Shown here: positions 57,646-64,000 of the stretch, one piece after another
Numbering within the stretch: position 1 is the first letter of the stretch
How the letters are laid out: every line of letters begins with the position of its first letter
From: Rhynchopus sp. YZ270_cl-10
Taxonomy: Eukaryota
Reading direction: 5' to 3'
DNA: 64,000 bases
Assembly: GCA_964035575.1 (NCBI GenBank)
Contig: OZ037833.1
Location: 2,356,001-2,420,000, forward strand
Notes under the pieces: generated by a model
Database searches by the model: none
What the model was told of the DNA's origin: nothing
What the model saw: the letters and a program-made list of their open reading frames with translations, nothing else
Position numbers and translations under genes: made by a program

Positions 57646-59085
57646 ATGATATCTGAAATGATATACCTTCAATCTTTTCCTCAAGTTCCGCAAATTGTTC
57701 AAATTGCCCAAGTTCCTCAAGTTGCTCCTCCAAGCCCTGTGGCCGAAAAGCCGCAGAACAAGCCTCGCCCCATGCAGACGTACAAGGTGTATGGTCTGGG
57801 GCGTATCAGCAAGAAGGAGCTCGAGACCACTTTGGAGGACTTGGGGATGTCGCTTGCCCCGAGAGGACTGCACCTTGAGGGTGAGGATGGGCGGTTCAAC
57901 GCTTTTGTGAACTGCCCTGAGCGTATGGGGACGAACACCGTGAAACAGCGTTTGAAGAAGCTTGACGTTCGACACGTGAAGTATGTTTCCCACTACAAAG
58001 CACCCAGTGAGAACAAGAAGAAGGGGAACGTTCTGCTGCTCATTGTTGTCGCGAGGGAGTTCGATTGGGACCTCACGAAGTTGCTGACGGCAGTGCAGGG
58101 AATTCAGAAGTTTGCGATGGACCACATCACGGAGCGGACAGGGCTGCAAGCAAAGTCGGTTTGTGCCTACAGCAGCACTGGTACAATGTGCAAATTCGGG
58201 ATCGAAATGCAGAACGCAGACGACGCAAACGATGTGCTCTCTGCAGGCATCTTCGATGCGCTCCCCTACAACGATACCCTCATGTACTCTCTCCAGAAGA
58301 CCAAGAAGCAGATCCACTACAAGACCACAAACAAAGCCGCCGACAAGGGCAAGACAGATGTGCTATCCCTCTCCGCAGGGGACATCCTCCCGTCCACACC
58401 CAAGGAGAGTCCCCCATCTGTAATCCCGGCGGACCTCGAGGGGACTGCTCGACTGTTCGCAGCTGAGCTGGCAGGCCCATCCATGCCTGATCTCGCACTG
58501 CAACTCGAGCCTACGGAACAAACTGAATCCGATCTATCACTCGAACTCCTCAACCTGCTAACCAAAGCTGACACTGTCACATCTGGGGTCACAGCCCCTA
58601 AACCTGTGGAAACTGAGGAAGAGCTCTCGAATGAGCTTCTATCCCTGCTCAAACCCGCTACCGAACCTGAAACAACCGAAGTTACCCCTGGCACAGAGAC
58701 CCCTGTCGCACCTGAGGTCCTAGCCCAACTTGCACCTGAGGTCTCTGTTGGCAACCCCCTGCTAGCTCAATACCCCGAAGGAATGATGCCGATGAACGAC
58801 CTCAATTACGGTACCGGTTTCCCTCTCAATAAAAATATGCTCATGCAAAATATGCCCATGTACGCGCAAAACACCCAAAATGTTATGTTCTATTCGATGC
58901 TCCCGTCTTTCTCACCTATGGCGTACCCCCCTGCCTCTGCCTCTGCCGCTGCCCCTGCTGCTGCTGCTGCTGCCCCTATGGTGTATGTCCCCCCATTCGT
59001 CCCGATGCGTGACGGAGAGGAGGAGGAGGAGGAGGACTTCCTTACACACATCCCAACACACACGACCATGACGTCTGCGTGGTAG
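57646..59085 (+). CDS. hypothetical protein (479 aa): globular N-terminal half, acidic/Pro/Met-rich low-complexity C-terminal half
   Basis: Long ORF with coding-like GC content inside T-rich flanks. No family confidently recognised; the N-terminal part is vaguely RRM-like. Confidence 0.7.
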   Translation: MISEMIYLQSFPQVPQIVQIAQVPQVAPPSPVAEKPQNKPRPMQTYKVYGLGRISKKELETTLEDLGMSLAPRGLHLEGEDGRFNAFVNCPERMGTNTVKQRLKKLDVRHVKYVSHYKAPSENKKKGNVLLLIVVAREFDWDLTKLLTAVQGIQKFAMDHITERTGLQAKSVCAYSSTGTMCKFGIEMQNADDANDVLSAGIFDALPYNDTLMYSLQKTKKQIHYKTTNKAADKGKTDVLSLSAGDILPSTPKESPPSVIPADLEGTARLFAAELAGPSMPDLALQLEPTEQTESDLSLELLNLLTKADTVTSGVTAPKPVETEEELSNELLSLLKPATEPETTEVTPGTETPVAPEVLAQLAPEVSVGNPLLAQYPEGMMPMNDLNYGTGFPLNKNMLMQNMPMYAQNTQNVMFYSMLPSFSPMAYPPASASAAAPAAAAAAPMVYVPPFVPMRDGEEEEEEDFLTHIPTHTTMTSAW

Positions 59086-61665
59086 GCTTTGCTTATGCTC
59101 TAAGGTGGAAACCACAGCTCGGTTCAATGGCCATTGATTGAGTGCATATACGAGGCGGTGCAGCGTCGAGCGAAGCGTGTTCAGCCCAGTAGCCCCCGAG
59201 GATTGCAACAGCAACGGTGACGAGAGGTGCGGCACCCCGTGAATCAAGGTGCCGAAGCCGGAGGGTCGGTCATCTTCCCAATTTTTCTTTTTTCCGTTCA
59301 GTATTCAAGTTTCTTTATCTAGTTTGTTACTTTTTTTTTTTTTTGGCACTGATGATTCAGTACAGCATCAATCACAAAGTCAACAGAACGGTGGATGTAC
59401 GCAGCTCGCAACTCCATGTTGTTTTGAACAATTGATAACGTGTAGACACCTCGCTTTTTTTTCGTGTGAGCACCACGCAGCCGTACCTCGCCTATCTCTC
59501 GTTTCGTGGATACCGTTACTTTATTTTCAGATGTGTATACACGTGAAGTGTGTTCATCTTTCTACTTTTCTTTTTCTTGTTAAATGAGTTTATGTTCCTT
59601 TCTGGATGATGTAGACTTACCCCGAGTTTGCATCGTCGTGCTGATCAAACGTTTAGTTTCCGAGTAATTTTATTGTAGTGGTCAGACCAAGGGTCGCCTA
59701 TTCCTTGCCACGCTCAATGGGACGAAGTGTGCCGTCTGTGTATCCTCACTAGGTCAGGCCAATTATGCTGCCACATCCTGGTCTGATGGTGTGCTGCCTG
59801 TAAGGACTTCCGGAGTGCCGCATTGCACTGCGCGAACCCCAAGGAGGAAACCCTTCCGGGAGTCGTGTAGAGATCACTATCACTATGACGTAGACCCCTC
59901 TACTGTTCGCGTGGGATTCCCCCCCTGCGCAAGGAGCTGTCTGATGTTTCCGTGTTTCATTGGCGTCGGGCAGTAAATGTGCGTCGCCACACCAATTATT
60001 CACGAACATGCCGACACGGTACCAAGTGATGTCAAGTGCGGGCCTCGAGCTCCATCCACTGTTGCATCTCTTCCGCTCGGCAGTTGGTGAACTTTGGGTA
60101 CGTCTTTTTTCAACACTCAGTTTTAGGTTTTGTAGTTTTCTATTTTTTTTTCTTTTCTTTTTTGGGATGATCATTTTGTAGGTGCGCGTATCTGGGAGAG
60201 AGAACTCGGTTGTGCCAACACGGATACTGGTTATCTGTTACCTGAGCAGATCCTTCATGGCAGTCGTTTCTTTAAATGATCATTTTTTTGTTTTTCGAGT
60301 TTCTTTCTTTCTTTTGATGGTGTGTGCACGACAGCACATTCATCTAACAATTTGACTAAGCACGAGAAGCTCGGGGTCTTATTTTTCTTCTTTTTTTTTT
60401 TTTTGTGACAACTGCCTTGCAAAGGTTGTAGGGGAGGAAATGAAAACATATCTGAGTTGTGCCCGAATTTTTTGGTGTGAGCGATGTAAACACGACACAA
60501 CTTATTCACAGAAAAGTTTTTGATTTTGTCCCTACACACTCCACAAAAATCCGGTGCGATCAACGAAAAATTCTTTTTCTGATTTCGTTTCTTTCTTTAT
60601 CAGACTAGCTTAAACTCAGATGACAGTTTTTATTTTTTTGTTAAAAATTGATCCCTGCCTGTGTCTACCATAACCTCCTCTAACATAGCAACAGGCCAAA
60701 CAGTTTTATATCCCCCAACTCGAAACTCGAAAAACAAAGAATGTCATTGTGTGGTTGAAATTAGTTATAAAGTATTTCCTACGCGGACCATTTCCCGTGA
60801 TGTCATTGTATGTGTTGTGAGTTTTTTTATATTTTTGTTATAGCTTGCAGGGTTTTGTGGGAAAAAACTTTTGTGTGTATTTACTGATACAGTAAAAAAA
60901 GATTCATTGCTTCGTGTGGGACACCAAACAAGCACTGCTCATGATCTGCATAAGACGGGACAGAAGGAATCATTCAGCACCGAAAGTTTTATTTTTTTGC
61001 ATATTGTTTGACCGCTTTTTATTATTATTTTTTTTTGCCCTCGTTTGCTTCCAACAGTTACACCAAAGAAAGGGCACATATGTTGTGTCCTAACAAATAC
61101 CTTTCTGTTCTCATGAATTGAAAGGATATGCGGTGTGGTCAACGGTCCACGGGAAACCCTGGGGAACTGGGTTGCTGACCGCACCAATACGAACTTGATT
61201 TTTGGACAATGAGTTTTTTTTTTTCTCTTCAAAATGTACTTCTTTTCTACAATTTTGTCAGACCAGAATTTCTAGTTTTTTTCATCTCTGCCACACTCAG
61301 GGATGAGATGTGCTGTCTGTAAGCATCCTCGCCTTCAGGTGACATTGAGCGCAGAAAAAATCACCCGCTGGGGTGCTTATTGGCGCAAAAAAGAAATTAT
61401 CATTTTTCAAAACTCATTTGTTCAAACTCGTTTGTTAGGTGTGCACGAGAGGCATTTTTTCACAGATTTTCTTTTTTTTTTTTGTCATCACAATTCAACA
61501 CTTTTTTCTTATCAGACTTTTCCTCCTTTTTTTCTTTTTTGAAGAAAAAGAAAAAAAATAAGGGGGTGCAAATGGAGTGGCTACCGAAGATCACCGATAG
61601 TCAGCGTCATGTGTACACAGCGTAGGTTTCAGTGAGGGAGGGGGAGGGGGGAAATACACGGAGTA

Positions 61666-61872
61666 CACGAAGGGACCCAGTGACAAGTGAAAATGACAAG
61701 TGAATGACAAGTGAAAAAGGTGACAAGTAAATTACTGGTCATGACAAGTAAATGGCCTACAGCCCAATAGAAAATCACTTGTCATGACAAGTGACTTATT
61801 TGTCATTTCACTTGTCATGAATATGACATGTGTTTCACTTGTCACTTGTCACTTGTCACTGGGTCCGTCGTG
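61666..61872. mobile_element. MITE/foldback element of TGACAAGTGA repeats
   Basis: Ends CACGAAGGGACCCAGTGACAAGTGA / TCACTTGTCACTGGGTCCGTCGTG; internal GACAAGT repeats switch orientation at the centre. Confidence 0.72.
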
Positions 61873-62279
61873 TGTAGTACATCTATTAACATCTGTACTT
61901 CATTGGTCACGTACCAGAGCCCCCGGATGGGGAGGGTTTTCCTGCGAGATCTGCCAACCGATCTCTGATAGCTCTCGGAAAGACAACACGTTTCACTGCT
62001 TTTTTGAAAGATGTCTGCACGAGAGGTTTCATCTTTCAAGTTTTTTTTTTTTTTTCATCTGTTTTTGCCAGCCCCTCCGCTACGTTTTCAGATTTTTTTT
62101 GAGTTCTGTTGCGGGTGTTTTTTTTCACCCTGCGCCAGTGAGTCTTATCCAGGGATTCAGATTTCAAAATAGGGGGTCAGCTGTTTTTGTGCCCAAAAAA
62201 TTTTCAGCACTGCTGACCAGGTACATTGGGAACATAGGGAACTGTATTTTTTTTTGCGAAGAAAAAAAAAAATCAAACA

Positions 62280-62431
62280 AATGGCGCCGCAGGCGAAAAA
62301 AAATATAGGGTACAGTGTAAAAATCTAGCTTTTTACAGCACAGAGTCACACATCGAATCCTTTTTTGCGGAGCAAAAAAGGAAATATGGCGCCGCAGGCA
62401 AAAAAAAATTGAGGTACAGCCTGGATGGTGC
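62280..62431 (-). repeat. inverted dispersed copy of the internal segment ~51904-52053 of the hAT MITE
   Basis: GGCGCCGCAGGC..GGGTACAGTGTAAAAAT..CAGAGTCAC..TTTTTTGCGGAGCAAAAAAGG is the reverse complement of the 51904-52053 segment. Confidence 0.75.
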
Positions 62432-62475
62432 GGTCAGCAACCCAGTTCCCCATGGTACTCTCGTGGTTCAACCAT

Positions 62476-62518
<43 letters not shown>

Positions 62519-64000
62519 AAAATTTTCAGACTTCTGTTGCGCCGCAACAGAACTTTATACGGTAGCGGAGCCCCTGGTTTTTGCTGAATCATTCTGTTTG
62601 GGTAAAGCGAAAATAAGACTGGTCGTCATTATATCAAAAGGACCGGACACCTTTGGTTTATTCTGGTTTTTTCATTACATTTCAGGTCAAGAAAAAATGG
62701 TCAGACCAGATGTATTTTCTTTCTTTTTTCATGTGTGTGCACAAGAGGCACATTCATCTTACAAGTTTTCATTTTTTCTTTTATATTGTCTCATACTCGG
62801 GCTGTTAGCTAATTCACTTCCGCTTCTGGCGAAAATCCGTGGGAAAAAAGTTAGGGAGATATCTAAATGTTCGCTGTTCTCAATCACTTCGATTGTTCAA
62901 ATAAAGCGATTTTTTTGGGGTTTTTTATTCACCACCTAAGACCCAAGGGCTGAGAGGTATCTTCAGGGCTTACAAGGCCTATATAAAGCCATTTTTTTTT
63001 TGTCAAGGGTGCTCATCAGAAAAATATGAAAATATGTGCGAATTATTCCAAAAAAACAGCCCTTTTGAGGTGGTTCGGCAAAAAATTCCCGCCTGTGGCA
63101 ATCCTAGACCTATTTTCACCCTTTTCTCCGTACAGGGGGCTGAATACCCACTGTTTTTTTTTTCCAGGGAAAACATTTGTTACAGGATGTCGGAATTTTC
63201 CGGAAAATTTTCCAGAATTAGCTGACAGCCTGCATAATCTACCCACACATCTGGAGATGATTCATGCAGTTTGAAACCATCTTTGTTGTCCTTCCCCTCT
63301 TTGGTGGCCTAATTGTGCATATCATTTCTTTTTGAAGCCGCGGTATTTTTCTTCTCTTTAAATTTTTGCTGGGGGTGTGTATTGTATTAAAACCCCCCCA
63401 GTAATGTAGATACTCAGCGAACATCAGTTTTTTTTTTTTTTTTACAAATGCGTGCAGAGTTTATTTTTCGATCCGGTTTTTCAGGCCTCAAGGGGGGTCG
63501 AAAATTTGTCAGCCGGGTCCCCACCTTAGCTCAAGTTGGGGGCCTCCGGCGGAATGTGAGAATTCCGCGGAGTTCGGCACTTCACTGATATTTACACGAG
63601 GCAGACGGGGCATACGAATTATCAGTAACCTCAGTACATTTACAAAAGAAACGGCGGTCATGGCACCCATAGGTTCCTGGCGAAGCCACGGTACGCAACA
63701 TTTCAAAAATTTGCGCTTAAAATTACACATTTAACCGCCAAACTATGTCATGGGAAGGGTGGGTTGCAAGCTTGCGCCGCAGGCGCACGGTACGCTACTT
63801 CGGCGCTTGACTAATTGAGTCGCGTTCTGGCTGCACTTTGTTCACGAGGCACGAGGCTGAATATGGCCCCATGGCGAGTGTGGGTGCATGCCGGGCCACC
63901 CCCCCTGTAAATTTTTCGGCCCCCGGATTTTTTTTTTCTCCACCCCCTGGACACGTCTGAAAAACCCCCCAAGGGGGGGTCGAACCCCCCCCCCCCCCCC

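Noticed and set aside
62451..62476. Minus-strand CACGAGAG (CTCTCGTG at 62458-62465) as a counter-example to strand bias
   Set aside because: It lacks any of the A-D stems around the loop and lies in a transposon-like segment; treated as a chance match, though worth rechecking.
434..62760. CRISPR array interpretation of the ~35-nt palindromic repeats
   Set aside because: Copies are irregularly dispersed, of several sequence types, have no constant-length spacers and no cas genes, and the context is eukaryotic.

Overview
Eukaryotic nuclear DNA, probably from a euglenozoan (diplonemid-like; this is inferred from gene organisation and protein types, not from a database match). About ten protein genes all lie on the + strand. 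They carry short GT-AG introns (GTATG donors, A/C-rich ...ACAG acceptors) and are separated by T-rich spacers containing many non-autonomous DNA transposons (piggyBac-, hAT- and Tc1/pogo-type ends, some nested). The genes are: a CLEC16A/FPL-domain protein; an AMPK beta subunit; a secreted Cys-rich protein; three paralogous multi-DOMON + cytochrome b561 proteins; a frameshifted solute-binding-domain/pseudo-cyclase receptor; two paralogous mucin-stalk multi-pass membrane proteins; and one unknown protein. The strongest unexplained signal is a family of roughly 40 short (~30-35 nt) non-coding hairpins, counted by eye. They share an ACGAGAG loop (C-GAGA-G tetraloop), use at least 3-4 different stem sequences with G-U pairs, and occur only in the gene-sense orientation, which is the pattern expected of an RNA-level cis-element. 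Second in interest are the DOMON-b561 paralogs: 2, 3 or 4 DOMON domains on Pro/Thr tethers, all nine retaining the Met/His heme ligands.
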